NCBI RefSeq assembly: GCF_963921235.1
Contig: NC_086108.1
Span: 115,012,001 to 115,076,000, forward strand
Reading direction: 5' to 3'
Origin: Mobula hypostoma
Lineage: Eukaryota
Length of the DNA: 64,000 nucleotides
Part shown: positions 28,171 through 42,214 of the stretch, piece after piece
How positions within the stretch are numbered: the stretch's first letter is position 1
Layout of the letters: each line of letters starts with the position of its first letter
Position numbers and translations under genes: made by a program
Notes under the pieces: model-generated
The model's input: only the letters and a program-made list of their open reading frames with translations
Told to the model about the DNA's origin: nothing
The model's database searches: none

Positions 28171-29544
28171 CAAGGCTAAGGCGGCATCAATTGGATGCCT
28201 CTTTGAGCTCACCTGAGGAAACAGCTTAAATTCCTCACTTTTATGTCTATTTTGTTTTCAAGATGGTTGAGGTTCTATCAAGGTCCTGATCTGCAATTGG
28301 CACTCAAATTGTAGTTCTTTTTAATATGGCCGATGAGCTCCCTTTCCTGGAGCTCACTGGCCAACCGTCTTCCGACATTCTCCAGGCGCGGCTTGGAAGA
28401 CTGTGGACGACTGACTCCAGGCCGGTGTTGCCAGCTGAGGCGTCATGGGAGAAGGAACATCAGGATTTTGCTGCAGATGTGGGGACAGAAATGTCTGTAG
28501 CTGAGCAGTCACACTCTCTCTCGCTCGATGGTGGGAGAGTTTGCTGCCGATTCTCGGGTTGGAGAATCTCACAATAAAAAAGTGACCCAGCAGACTGTCG
28601 TCTCGTAACGGCAACTGTCAGACTCCCTTTTGCTGCGACAATGGGTGATGTCTCTCCGAACCTTGTTAATGAGAGAATGCCTTTCACATGTTGAGTAAAC
28701 AATAGTTTTTGTCAACTGCAGATCACACTATCTCTGAGAGCTTTGCTGTTGCTTGAGAGGTGGGCGCTGAGGCTTTCTGCTGAAATGGGCGGGAGTGTTT
28801 GTGAATCTGTGGAATTCATTGCCACAGAAGGCTATGCAGGCCAGTTCATTGGGTATACTGAAGGCTCTTGATAGATTGGGGTGTAAAAGGTTAGGGGGAG
28901 AAGGCAGGAGAACGGGATTGAGAGGGATACGAAATCAGCCATGATAGAACGGCTGGGCTTAAACTGTTCCAGCATTGAAACAACCCTCCCCACCATCAAG
29001 TACACCTTCAGATCAGTTCAGAGACGAGGAGGGGTGCAGAGTCTGGGGGGGGGGGTGTGCAGGGGCTGGAGGGGGGTTTCACAGAGTCGGGGGGGAAGGG
29101 TGCAGGAGCCAGGGTAGGGTGGTTTGACAGAGACAGGGAGGGATGTAGGGGCCATGGGGAAAACATGTAATCTCCACACAGACAGTGCCATTCTGTCGGG
29201 ATTGAACCCAGGCTTGTGGAGCTAGCAGACGCTGTGACGCCCTCGATCACTAACTATATGAAAGGCCTTGAACCTGTTTTATCACACGGAGAGCAGTAGG
29301 TGCTGGGGGAGACGTGGAAGCAGGCAGTCTGGTGAAGCTTAAGAGCTGTTTGGATGTGAAAGGAATGGAAGGTTATGGATGATGCAGAGGAAAAGGAACA
29401 TGTATAATAATTATCATCGTAGGCTGAATATCCTGCCCGGTGCTGACTGTTTTCTGTTCTCGACATTTATTTGTCAGGGTTTATTGTTTAACAGGTTATA
29501 ATGCACAAAGTAGATTTTCACGAGTTTCTGCTGGAAGAGGAGGT

Positions 29545-29770
29545 GGCCCCTCTGCACACCTCCCCATCTGTCACTCCCCCAGCACACCTCCCATCTCTGT
29601 CACCCCCCTGCCCCCTGCGCCCCTGCACACCTCCCCACCTCTGTGACCCCCCCCCGCACACCTCCCCATCTGTCACTCCCCCAGCACACCTCCCATCTCT
29701 GTCACCCCCCCCCCCCGGCACACCTCCCATCTCTGTGACCCCCCCCCCCCGCACACCTCCCCACCTCTGT
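29545..29770. repeat. C-rich ~26-bp degenerate tandem repeat
   Basis: gcacacctccccatctgtcactccccc-like units. Confidence 0.8.
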
Positions 29771-30964
29771 GGCTGCATGCATGTGGAGGGAAACCAACGG
29801 GAAACCCACACAGTCACAGGGAGAACATGCGAACCCCACACAGACTGCGGTGGAGATCAAGGTCGGGTCCGGGTCTCTGGAGCTGTGAGGGAGCAGTTCT
29901 ACCCTCTGCATTGGTAGTGTGGAGGATTGCTGTTGGTGGCAGAGAGGAAAGGGAATGCTCAAGCCCCTTATCTAAAAGGAAAAATGTACTGGCATTAGAG
30001 AGGGTCCAGAGGCTCATAGGAATGATTCTGGGAATGATAAGGTTAACATATGAGGAGTGTTTGATGGCTCTGGGCCTGTACTCACTGGGGTTTAGAAGAA
30101 TTGGGCGGGGGTGGTGAAGAGAAGAGAATCTCATTGCAACACTTTGAATATTGAAAAGCTTAGATAAGAGTAGATGTGGAGAGGATGTTTTCTTTGGTGG
30201 GGAGTCTAGGACTAGAGGGCACAGCCTCACAACAGAGATGAGGAGGAATTTCTTTAGCCAGAGAGTGGATGCCAAGTCATTGGGTATATTTAAAGCAGAG
30301 GTTGATAGATTATTGATTAAGTCAAGGGAAAGGTTACGGGGAGAAGGCAGGAAAATGGGGTTGAGAGGAATAATAAAACGGGGTTGAGATAGAATGGGGA
30401 GCAGACTTGATGGGCTGAACAGCCTAATTCTGCTCCTGGGTCTGATGGTTTATTCACGCACAGAGCAGGTGAAAGTCAAAGTGCGGAGTGCACGGAACTC
30501 TCAGCAAGTCAGGCAGCATCTGAGGAGAGGGAAAGTGTTTTAGGTCAGAGTGGGTGCTGAGCGGGAAGAATAATTTCTAGTCCTCCACAAAGCTGCAGTG
30601 TTAGATCACTGCGGTAGAGAAGAACTTGGCCCAAATATTCATTGTTTTTCAATTACACATCTCATTAGAGATGCAGCTGTAATGGTTTAAAAGTCACTGC
30701 TTCATCACTGGTCCTCTCTGGAGGATTGGAGGGCAAGCAGAGAAGGCAGCAGACCTGCCAGGGCACATCCGAACACCCTCCACCAACCACCCGAGTGCTG
30801 TAGGCACACACCAGGGACTCGCTCAGTTCCCATCCCAGGAGACTCACACTGAACCACAAATCTGACCATTAGTGGAATAATAGTGATATTGAATCACAGA
30901 ACCATCACGGGACTTCACAACAGCCAACATGCTCATTAAAAACTTGTGCTGAAAGGACCTAAGC

Positions 30965-31685
30965 AGGTCAAGTCAAGTCACTTTTTATTGTCATTTCGAC
31001 CATAACTGCTGGTACAGTACACAGTAAAAATGAGACGATGTTTTTCAGGACCATGGTGCTACATGAAACAATACAAAAACTACACTGAACTATGTAAAAC
31101 AGCACAAAACTACACTAGACTACAGACCTACCCAGGACTGCATAAAGTGCACAAAACAGTGCAGGCATTACAATAAATAATAAACAAGACAATAGGCACA
31201 GTAGAGGGCAGCAGGTTGGTGTCAGTCCAGACTCTGGGTATTGAGGAGTCTGATGGCTTGGGGGAAGAAGCTGTTACATAGTCTGGTCGTGAGAGCCCGA
31301 ATACTTCGGTGCCTTTTGCCAGATGGCAGGAGGGAGAAGAGTTTGTATGAGGGGTGTGTGGGGTCCTTCATAATGCTGTTTGCTTTACGGATGCAGCGTG
31401 TGGAGTAAATATCTGTAATGGCAGGAAGAGAGACCCCGATGATCTTCTCAGCTGACCTCACTATCCGCTGCAGGGTCTTGCGATCCGAGATGGCGCAATT
31501 TCTGAACCAGGCAGTGATGCAGCTGCTCAGGATGCTCTCAATACAACCTCTGTAAATGTGGTGAGGATGGGGGCTGGGAGATGGACTATTCTCTGCCTTC
31601 GCAGAAAGTAGAGATGCTGCTGGGCTTTCTTTGCTATGGAGCTGGTGTTGAGGGACCAGGTGAGATTCTCCGCCAGGTGACAAGT
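30965..31685 (-). mobile_element. Rex1/Babar-like LINE 3' fragment
   Basis: YRGCIESILSSCITAWF..LQRIVRSAEKIIG..DPTHP..LLPSGKR..SFFPQAIRLLN; (tgact)n tail. Confidence 0.8.
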
Positions 31686-31689
31686 TATC

Positions 31690-32335
31690 TGACATGGCCT
31701 CCTCTACCGCGATAATGAAGCCACACTCAGGGTGGAGCAACACCTCAATCTCTCTGGCAGCCTCCAACCTGATGACATGAATATCAATTTCTCCTAACTC
31801 GTAATTTCTTCCCCTCCTCTCTTTCCATTCCCCATCCTGGCTCTCCTCCCACCCCTGCCCTTTTCTTCCCTTTCTCCCATGCTATCGGATTCCTCCGCTG
31901 GTCCCAGCTTCATACTTCATCCCCATCTCCCTCTCCCCGGTCTGATTGATTTACTTTGCGATACAGTGCGGAGTAGGTCCTTCTGACCCTCCGAACCATG
32001 CCAGCCCGATCTCATCACAGAACAACTTAGTGACTAATTAACCTATCCAGTACAGTGTTGAACTACGGGAGGAAACCCACACATTCCACTGGGAGAACGT
32101 ACAGACACTCCTTACGAAACAGCGCCTGGACTGAACTCTGAATTCCAGGCCACCCCGAGTTAACCGCTCAGTTACCATGCTGCCCCATCTTACCCTTCAG
32201 TCTGTACTCCTCTCCTCTCCACACCTTCTTAATCTGCATCTTCCCCTTCTGATGATGTGTCTCGGCTCAAAATTTCGACTGTTTATTCCTCTCCATAGAC
32301 GCTGCCTGACCTGCTGAGTTCCTCCAGCAACCTGC
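31690..32335 (+). mobile_element. degraded Penelope-like 3' fragment
   Basis: Remnant of the EQHL..GSLQP..MNI coding end, pyrimidine-rich UTR and degenerate hammerhead tail at 32249-32282; interrupted by a SINE. Confidence 0.7.
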
Positions 32336-32901
32336 GTGGACTGTTAATGTTTCAGGTTGAGTCTGTCAGGTGGACTGTATAGAATGGGTGAGGGTGAATC
32401 CAGCAGGTGATGGGTAAATCTCAGTAAGGGGCTGGATGACAGGCAGATGGAGGAAGGGAGAGTGGGAATAGTGACAGAGGATGGGAGGGGATAACAGTCA
32501 GGCAGACAGAAACAGACCCTTCAGCCCAACTCATCCTTGCTAACGATGCCCACCAAGCCAGACCCATTTGCCTGTGTTTGGTTCACATGCCTCTAAACTA
32601 GAGGTTGTCAGCCTGGAGTCACAGAGCCCTCAGTTAACAGTAGGGGTCCATGGCATAAAACAGGTTGGGAACCCCTGGTTTAAACCTTCCCTAACCATGT
32701 ACCTGTCCAATGCAGAGACAAGGACTTGTGTTTTTCATGTGGTCACAGTCAAAATATAGCAAATGCTGAAAATGTGAAACAGAATTAGGAAATGCTAGCC
32801 CCAGAAACAAGAAAACAACCTGCAGAAGCTGGAAATCTGAGCAACACACACAAAATGCTGGAGGAACTCAGCAGACCTGGCAGCATCTATGGAGAAAAGT
32901 G

Positions 32902-32939
32902 CAGTCGACGTTTCAGGCCGAAACCCTTCGTAAGGACTG
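32902..32939 (-). ncRNA. minimal type-I hammerhead motif (core CUUACGA variant)
   Basis: Reverse complement reads CAGTC-CTTACGA-AGGGTTTCGGCCT-GAAAC-GTC-GACTG. Confidence 0.62.
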
Positions 32940-33144
32940 GAGGAAAAAAAGGCTGTGGAGTAGGTTTTTGGGGGGGGGGGGCAAGGGAGGGAAGAGAGAA
33001 ACACCAGGTGATAGGTGAAACTTGGAGAGGAGGAAGAAGCAAAGAGCTGGGAAGCTGATTGGTGAAACGTCCCTTGTCCCTCTCTCATGTCATCTCCTTG
33101 GCTGCCCATCGCTTCCCTCGGTGCTCCTCCCCACCCCCACTTAC

Positions 33145-33750
33145 TTCTGGTCAAAGAACACTGAGGCTGTCTACAAGAAGGGTCAGAGCCGTCTCTATTT
33201 CCTGAGGAGACTGAGGTCCTTTAACATCTGCCGGACGCTGCTGAGGATGTTCTACGAGTCTGTGGTGGCCAGTGCGATCATGTTTGCTGTTGTGTGCTGG
33301 GGCAGCAGGATGAGGGTAGCAGACACCAACAGAATCAGCAAACTCATTCGTAAGGCCAGTGATGTTGTGGGGATGGAACTGGACTCTCTAACGGTGGTGT
33401 CTGAAAAGAGGATGCTGTCCAAGTTGCATGCCATCTTGAACAATGTCTCCCATCCACTACATAATGTACTGGGTGGGCACAGGAGTACATTCAGCCAGAG
33501 ACTCATTCCACCGAGATGCAACACAGAGCATCATAGGAAGTCATTCCTGCCTGTGGCCATCAAACTTTACAACTCCTCCCTTGAAGGGTCAGACACCCTG
33601 AGCCAATAGGCTGGTCCTGGACTTATTTCCTGGCATAATTTACATATTACTATTTAATTATTTATGGTTTTATTACTATTTATTATTTATGGTGCAACTG
33701 TAACGAAAACCAATTTCCCCCGGGATCAATAAAGTATGACTATGACTATG
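33145..33750 (+). mobile_element. Rex1/Babar-like LINE 3' fragment
   Basis: WSKNTEAVYKKGQSRLYFLRRLRSF..FYESVVASAIMF..SFLPVAIKLYN; aataaa followed by a (tatgac)n tail. Confidence 0.78.
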
Positions 33751-33964
33751 CCATCTTGCAGGCATTCAATAAATTCACTGTCTTGAGATCCACGAGCAAT
33801 CTGATTTTCCCAATCGACCTGAATGTTTAAAATTTTCCATGACTATCATTATATTGCCCTTTTGACATGCCTTTTCTATTTGCTGTTGTAACCTGTAGTC
33901 CATTTGCCAGCTATGGTTTGATGGCCTGTATATAACTGCCATCAGGTTCCTCTCTTCTCTCATA

Positions 33965-34876
33965 GAAACCATAGAAAACCATGGAAACTACAGCACAGAA
34001 ACAGGCCTTTTGGCTCCTCTTGGCTGTGCCGAACCATTTTCTGCCTAGTCCCACTGACCTGCACACGGACCATATCCCTCCATACACCTCCCATCCATGT
34101 ATCTGTCCAATTTATTCTTAAATGTTAAAAAAAAACCCGCATTTACCACCTCGTCTGGCAGCTCATTCCATACTCCCACCACTCTCTGTGTGAAGAAGCC
34201 CCCCCTAATGTTCCCTTTAAACTTTTCCCCCTCACCCTTAACCCATGTCCTCTGGTTTTTTTCTCCCCTTGCCTCAGTGGAAAAAGCCTGCTTGCATTCA
34301 CTCTATCTATACCCATCGTAATTTTATATACCTCTATCAAATCTCCCCTCATTCTTCTATGCTCCAGGGAATAAAGTCCTAACCTATTCAACCTTTCTCT
34401 GTAACTGAGTTTCTCAAGTCCCGGCAACATCCTTGTAAACCTTCTCTGCACTCTTTCAACCTTATTTATATCCTTCCTGTAATTTGGTGACCAAAACTGA
34501 ACACAATACTCCAGATTCAGCCTCACCAATGCCTTATACAACCTCATCATAACATTCCAGCTCTTATACTCAATACTTTGATTAATAAAGGCCAATGTAC
34601 CAAAAGCTCTCTTTACAACCCTATCTACCTGTGATGCTACTTTTAGGGAATTTTGTATCTGTATTTCCAGATCTCTCTGTTCCACTGCACTCCTCAGTGC
34701 CTTACCATTAACCCTGTATGTTCTACCTTGGTTTGTCCTTCCAACGTGCAATACCTCACACTTGTCTGTATTAAGCTCCATCTGCCATTTTTCAGCCCAT
34801 TTTTCCAGCTGGTCCAAGTCCCTCTGCAGGCTCTGAAAACCTTCCTCACTGTCTACTACACCTCCAATCTTTGTAC
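33965..34876 (-). mobile_element. CR1 LINE 3' part
   Basis: ORF 34143-35033, TKIGGVVDSEEG...LEYCVQFWSP; tail (tttctatgg)n; its upstream portion resumes at 37279-37310. Confidence 0.9.
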
Positions 34877-34877
34877 A

Positions 34878-37278
34878 TGTAGATTGGGTGAACCAAATTG
34901 GTAAGGGTGCTGAGGAAGAGGATTTCTTGGAATGTATGCGGGATGGTTTTTTGAACCAACATGTCGAGGAACCAACTAGAGAGCAGGCTATTCTAGACTG
35001 GGTATTGAGCAATGAGGAAGGGTTAATTAGCAATCTTGTCGTGAGAGGCCCCTTGGGTTAGAGTGACCATAATATCGTGGAATTCTTCATTAAGATGGAG
35101 TCAATTCAGAAACAAAGGTTCTGAACTTAAAGAAGGGTAACTTTGAAGGTATGAGATGCGAATTAGCTAAGATAGACTGGCAAATGACACTTAAAGGGTT
35201 GACGGTGGATATGCAATGGCAAGCATTTAAAGATTGCATGGATGAACTACAACAATTGTTCATCCCAGTTTGGCAAAAGAATAAATCAAGGAAGGTAGTG
35301 CACCTGTGGCTGACAAGGGAAATTAGGGATAGTATCAATTCCAAAGAAGAAGCATACATATTAGCCAGAAAAAGTGACTTACCTGAGGACTGGGAGAAAT
35401 TCAGAGTTCAGCAGAGGAGGACAAAGGGCTTAATTAGGAAGGGGAAAAAAGATTATGAGAGAGAACTGGCAGGGAACAGAAAAACTGACTGTAAAAGCTT
35501 TTATAGATATGTGAAAAGAAAAAGATTGGTTAAGACAAATGTGGGTCCCCTACAGACAGAAACAGGTGAATCGATTATGGGGAGCAAGGACATGGCAGAC
35601 CAATTGAATAAGGGGACAGAGGGTCCAGTGAGATGGAGGAACTGAGGGAAATACATGTTAGTAGGGAAGTGGTGTTAGGTAAATTGAAGGGATTAAAGGC
35701 AGATAAATCCTCAGGGCCAGATGGTCTGCATCCCAGAGTGCTTAAGGAAGTAGCCCAAGAAATAGTTGATGCATTAGTGATAATTTTTCAAAACTCTTTA
35801 GATTCTGGACTAGTTCCTGAGGATTGGAGGGTGGCTAATGTAACCCCACTTTTTAAAAAAGGAGGGAGAGAGAAACCAGGGAATTATAGACCGGTTAGCC
35901 TAACATCGGTGGTGGGGAAACTGCTAGAGTCAGTTATCAAAGATGTGATAACAGCACATTTGGAAAGCGGTGAAATCATCGGACAAAGTCAGCATGGATT
36001 TGTGAAAGGAAAATCATGTCTGACGAATCTCATAGAATTTTTTGAGGATGTAACTAGTAGAGTGGATAGGGGAGAACCAGTGGATGTGGTATATTTGGAT
36101 TTTCAAAAGGCTTTTGACAAGGTCCCACACAGGAGATTAGTGTGCAACCTTAAAGCACACGGTATTGGGGGTAAGGTATTGATGTGGATAGAGAATTGGT
36201 TGGCAGACAGGAAGCAAACAGTGGGAATAAACGGGACCTTTTCAGAATGGCAGGCAGTGACTAGTGGGGTACCGCAAGGCTCAGTGCTGGGACCCCAGTT
36301 GTTTACAATATATATTAATGACTTGGATGAGGGAATTAAATGCAGCATCTCCAAGTTTGCGGATGACACGAAGCTGGGCGGCAGTGTTAGCTGTGAGGAG
36401 GATGCTAAGAGGATGCAGGGTGACTTGGATAGGTTAGGTGAGTGGGCAAATTCATGGCAGATGCAATTTAATGTGGATAAATGTGAAGTTATCCACTTTG
36501 GTGGCAAAAACAGGAAAACAGATTATTATCTGAATGCTGGCCCATTTGGAAAAGGGGAGGTGCAACGAGACCTGGGTGTCATTATACACCAGTCATTGAA
36601 AGTGGGCATGCAGGTACAGCAGGCGGTGAAAAAGGCGAATGGTATGCTGGCATTTATAGCGAGAGGATTCGAGTACAGGAGCAGGGAGGTACTACTGCAG
36701 TTGTACAAGGCCTTGGTGAGACCACACCTGGAGTATTGTGTGCAGTTTTAGTCCCCTAATCTGAGGAAAGACATTCTTGCCATAGAGGGAGTACAAAGAA
36801 GGTTCACCAGATTGATTCCTGGGATGGCAGGACTTTCATATGATGAAAGACTGGATGAACTAGGCTTATACTCGTTGGAATTTAGAAGATTGAGGGGGGA
36901 TCTGATTGAAATGTATAAAATCCTAAAGGGATTGGACAGGCTAGATGCAGGAAGATTGTTCCCGATGTTGAGGAAGTCCAGAACGCAGGGTCACAGTTTG
37001 AGGATAAAGGGGAAGCCTTTTAGGACCGAGATTAGGAAAAACTTTTTCACACAGAGAGTGGTGAATCTGTGGAATTCTCTGCCACAGGAAACAGTTGAGG
37101 CCAGTTCATTGGCTATATTTAGGAGGGAGTTAGATATGGCCCTTGTGGCTAAAGGGATCAGTGAGTATGGAGGGAAGGCTGGTACAGGGTTCTGAGTTGG
37201 ATGATCAGCCATGAACATACTGAATGGCGGTGCAGGCTTGAAGGGCCGAATGGCCTACTCCTGCAGCTATTTTCTATG
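34878..37278 (+). mobile_element. 5'-truncated CR1 LINE (ORF2 with stops)
   Basis: ORFs 35151-35645, 35633-36751 (FADD) and 36812-37195; tail tttctatg. Inserted into a minus-strand CR1 at its KFADDTKIGG codons. Confidence 0.92.
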
Positions 37279-38424
37279 TATCATCAGCAAATTTGCTGAT
37301 CCAATTTACCTGTAGAGCTCCTCTCGCATTTTGTGTGTGGTGCACTGGGTGAAGAAATCGCCCCTCAGGTCCATTTTAAATCTTTCGCCCATCAGTTTAA
37401 CCTGGTCTTTCTGACTTTCAGCTCCCATTTCCTGAGCGAAAGCTATGCAGACTATTTACAGAGGGGCGTCCTTTTAGAGCGGAGATGAGGAGGGATTTAT
37501 TTAGCCAAAGTGTGGTGAATCTGTGGAATTCATTGTTACAGGCAGCTGTGGAGGCCAAGTCTTTAGGTACATTTAAGGCAGAGGTTAATAGATTCTTTTT
37601 TGGTCAGGGCATGAGTGGATATAAGGAGAAAGTGGGAGATTGGGGCTGAGAGGAAAACTGAATCAGCCATGATGAAAAGGCAGAGCAGACTCGATGGGCC
37701 AAATAGCCTAATTCTGCTCCTATATTTTATGGTCGTATACCTCTGGTAATCTTATACATCGCCATGAAGTCACCCCTCAATCCAAGAAATAAAGACCCAA
37801 CCTAACCAACCTCTCCCTATAATTCAGGTCATCCAGTCCTGGCAACATCCTTATCAATTTTCTTGCCATTCTTTGCATGTTAATAATGTCTTTCCCATAA
37901 CAGGGAGACCAAAACTAAACACATTACTCCTGGTGCAGCCTCAGCAACGTGTATAACTGCAACCTGACCTCTCAGCTCCTCTACTTAACGCTATGACTGA
38001 TGAAGGCCAGCATGCCAGACATCATACTCACTGCGCCATCTACCCATGTCACCATCGAGAGCGAATTACATGACAGGTGGTGGTGACAGAGGGCTGGAGA
38101 TGCCAGAAACTGATTGGAGAAGGCAGCTGAGCATTGAACCGAATGAGGGAGCTGGTGAGGGCAGACGGGAACAGCAGGGGCACTCAGTGAAGAATCTGTG
38201 TCAGCAGGGTGTGAATGGAGTTGGAGAGACTGTTGCTGGTTAGGAGGGTGTGCGTGTATTGATCAGAGAGAAACGGATAGGCAGGAGTGGCACCTCATTG
38301 CCGGTTCAGAAGCTGCTAAAAACCAATAAATGTAGCTGCTGTGTTACAGGTGTAACCCTCTCACCAGGGCTTGTACACAGATGTAGGAGTGGACTCTTCA
38401 CCCATTCAACGGGATACTTGTCGA

Positions 38425-38920
38425 ACGTATATTTCATCAGAAGTTTGAGGAGACCTGGTATGTCACCAAAGACTCCGGCATATTTCTACAGATGTACCGT
38501 GGAGAGCATTCTGACTGGTTGCATCACCGTCTGGTACAGAGGCTTCAATGCAAAGATCGAAAAAGCTGCGGGAAGTTGCAAACCCAACCAGCCCCATCGA
38601 GGACATCTTCAAAAGGTGATGCTGCATTAAGGCCCCCATCACCCAGGACATGCCCTCTTCTCAGTGCTACCATCAAGGTGGTGGTACATGAATGAGCCTG
38701 AAGACACACATTCAGAGATTTAGGAACAACTTTTTCCCTTTGCCATCAGATTTCTGAATGGACAATGAATCCATAAACACCTCCTCACTTTTTTTGCTCT
38801 CTTTTTATATGTATTTCTTATTGCAATTCATGGTTTTTATTACATATTGCAATGCACCGCTGTCGCAAAACAAAACAATTCACAAACTATACCTCTGATG
38901 TTAAATCTGATTCTGACTTT
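38425..38920 (+). mobile_element. Rex1/Babar-like LINE 3' fragment
   Basis: YFIRSLRR..FYRCTVESILTGCITVWY; tail tctgattctga. Confidence 0.72.
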
Positions 38921-39756
38921 TAGAACAGTACAGGCCCTTCGACACAATGTTGTACTGACATTTTAACCTACTCCAAGGTCAACCTAACCCTTGCCTCCTA
39001 CATAGCCCTCCACTTTCTGTCATCCGTAGGCCAATCTAAGAGTCATTTGTAACAAACTCATTTTGTTCCCAGTGCCCAGTATACAAGATTTAACAGGTAT
39101 TTGGATATTTCAGCAGTTCCCTGGTTTCCTCCCACATTCCAAAGATGTGCCGGTTAAGCTGAGTGAATTGTGTGCGTGGGGAGTCCAGCTACGTTTGTGG
39201 GATGTCCCTAGCACAATTCCCGGACTGTGCCGGCCATTGATGCAAAACAATTCATTTCACTATGTTTCCATGCTTCAGGATTAAACTCAGACTTGTTTAG
39301 CACATGCACATTGATCGGATACTTTGCCAGGAGGACTGAATTGGAGAGCTGTGTCAGCCAAAGGGTGACCTACCAGAGGTCTTCACCTTGACCCGCGACA
39401 TTGCCAGAATTCTGTAAAATGATCAAGTCCCAGTGTGGAAATCCCTGCAAGACAGATTTAGAGCACTCTGCCAGCCCTGGGGGCTGCATATTGGGGCAGA
39501 CTTCCACTGTTTGTGTTAACAATGGATGCGCCCTCAGGATGTGCTGGGGCCACACGTTCTGGCACCAACACACCATTCTCACCACGTTCAGCAGAATATC
39601 ACAGACCACTACAGGCAACAAAACATCACCATAATAAAGCTAATCTTTTTTCCATTAACAAAACGTATTGATTTCCCCTGAGTAACACTGAGTCCAGGAC
39701 ACAGGTGAGGCTGCTTTTCACGTCATTATCACAGCTGCTGTTCTGGGATATGGATC

Positions 39757-40345
39757 TGCATGAACATCGATTTCTCCAACTGCTGGTATTTTCGTCCCGC
39801 TCCCCCTTCCATCTTCTTCATTTCCCCACGCTGCCCTCCCACCCCTTCTCTACACCTGTCTATTACCTCCCCTGGTGTATCTCCTCCTTCCCTTTCTCCC
39901 ATCATCCACCCTCCTCTCCTATCATATACACATAATAATCTGCAGGTGCCGGGGTCAAAGCAACACTCACAACACGCTGGAGGAACTCAGCAGGTAGGGC
40001 AGCATCCGTGGAAAAGATCAGTCGATGTTTCCAGCTGGAACCTGACGAAGGGTTCCGGCCCAAAACGTCAACCGATCTTTTCCACGGATGCTGCCCGACC
40101 TGCTGAGTTCCTCCAGCATGTTGTGAGTGTTGCTCCTCTCCTATCAGATTTCTCTTTCTTCAGCCCTTTGCCTTTTCCACCTATCACCCCCCAGCTTCTT
40201 ACTTCACGCCCCCTACTCCAAACACCTGGCTTCACCTATTACCTTGTGATGAAAGGTCTCAACCCGAAACATCGACTCTTTGTTCTCCTCCATAGGTGCT
40301 GCTTGACCTGCTGATTTCCTCCAACATTTTGTGTGTGTCACTCTG
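39757..40345 (+). mobile_element. Penelope-like 3' fragment containing a nested inverted-repeat insert
   Basis: Starts at MNIDFSN, followed by pyrimidine-rich UTR and a tail with a degenerate hammerhead near 40246-40277; insert at 39925-40132. Confidence 0.72.
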
Positions 40346-41564
40346 ATGTGACTGTTCCGAGTTTGTAAGGTGGGCACGCTTGTACGGTCACAGAAGCAAG
40401 ATGCTACTAACCAGGATTTTGAACTTTTTAGTCCTGCTCAGCAGAGTTCACTCAACACTCTTACAGTTCCCAGATGCCAAGCGTTTGATGGCGCTGGGCC
40501 TGTACTCCCTGGAGAGGGAAATCCCACTGAAACCCATCGAATATTGAAAGGCCTGGATAGAGTGAATGTGGAGATGATGCTTCCGACAGTGGGAGAAGGC
40601 AGAAGAATGGGGTTGAGATCTGTAAATCAGCTGTGATGAAATGGTGGAGCAGACTTGATGGGCCAAATGGCCTAATTCTGCCCCTATTCCTGATGCTCAG
40701 GAAAATGCGTGAGGCTACTCTGCAACAATAAAAAAGTGTAAAGTGACTTTGGATGGTAATCCAAGAGTCCGGGAAATTAGCTAGTCTTTGGGATGTGGGA
40801 TGAAATCAGACCACCGAGGGCGACCCACGCTGTCATAGGATGAACGGGCAACTCCCACACAGACAACGCCGGAGGTCGGGAATGGCTCCACACACTAATT
40901 GTTCTGTTCTGTTCGAGTAGGGAGGTGCCCAGACAACAGTTACTGGTACAGTCAAACAAATATTTACCAAGCAAATACTGTAACCAAGACTCCTGACTCC
41001 CACATCACAGCAGCAGCAGCTCCACCCTTTGGAGCCCTGCTCACTGCTGACCAGCCCCACCCTACGTCTCACCTGGCGGGAACGCAACCTCAACATTTCA
41101 CTCATGTTGCAATACACATTTACTTTTTATGCACTGTATATTTTCATTGTAAGATATATTTTATGTCTTACACTGTACTGTACTGCTGCCACAAAACACA
41201 TTTCATCACAACAGGACGGTGATGATGAGACTGATCTTGTACTCTAATCCCTGCCGAGCCCAGCTCAGACCTCACCTCTGCTCCCCTCTGTCTCAGGGAA
41301 CCTCGCCCAGTTCGATAGCTGGGAGCAGGGCCCCAAGGATTAAACACCCACCCCCTAACGGGACTGGAGGGCAGAGTGAGGAGTTCTACCTTTTTCATTT
41401 CGGGAAACAGCGTGGAACGACCCCCCCCCCCGCCCCCGTCCCCCCAGCCTTTGAGCTATGCCACCCAACAACCCCGTCCCTCCAGCCTCCAACTGTGTCA
41501 CCCAATCCCAACAATCCTGCCCCACAGCCCTCGAGCTGTGTCACCCAACAACCTATCTACTTAA

Positions 41565-41880
41565 ATAAATAAAGGCATCTGTTAGTCTTGCGAGAGCATG
41601 GATCTGTGCCTGGAAAGTCTTCACTCTCCAGGGCACAGGCCTGGGCAAGGTTGTATGGAAGACAGGCAGTTGCCCATGCTGCAAGTCTCCCCTCTCCACA
41701 ACACCGATGTTGTCCAAGGGAAGGGCATTAGGACCGATACAGCTTGGCACCAGTGTCGTCGCAGAGCAATGTGTGATGAAGTGCCTTGCTCAAGGACACA
41801 ACACGTTGCCTCGGCTGGGGCTCGAACTCATGACCTTCAGATAGCTAGTCCAGTGCCTTAACCACTTGGCCATGTGCCCA
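41565..41880 (-). mobile_element. tRNA-derived SINE with Pol III A/B boxes
   Basis: A box TGGCCAAGTGG (41862-41872), B box GAGTTCGAGCCC (41818-41829), central gtgtccttgagcaaggcact, (ttta)n tail, near-perfect flanking repeat cctatctayttaa. Confidence 0.8.
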
Positions 41881-42214
41881 CATCCTATCTATTTAACCTT
41901 AGCATAATCACGGGACAAATTACAATGACCAATGAACCTACCAACCTGACTGCCTTGTGGACTGTGGGAGGAAACCGCAGCACCTGGAGAAGACTTGTGC
42001 GGTCACGGGAAGAACATTCAAACTCCTCACAGACAGCACCACAACTGAACTTCAAACTCCAGCACCCCCAGCTGTAATAGCATCTGGCTAACCTCCTCAG
42101 TTACCCCCCTCTGCAGGCAGGGGGTGAAGTGGAAGTGGAAGGGGTGGGGAGAGGAGGCAGGGAAGTGGGGTGTGGGGTGGGAATAAGATGAGGGGAGCAG
42201 GTAGAGTAGTGAGG

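Noticed and set aside
39374..39411. Possible 38-bp exon (ttttacag|AATT...CTG|gtagg) in ERICH3 intron 1
   Set aside because: It would break the frame between exons 1 and 2 and has no similarity to ERICH3; such sites occur by chance in a 23-kb intron.
41800..41880. tRNA-like sequence with A and B boxes
   Set aside because: It is the head of a SINE with body, tail and flanking duplication; no complete cloverleaf.
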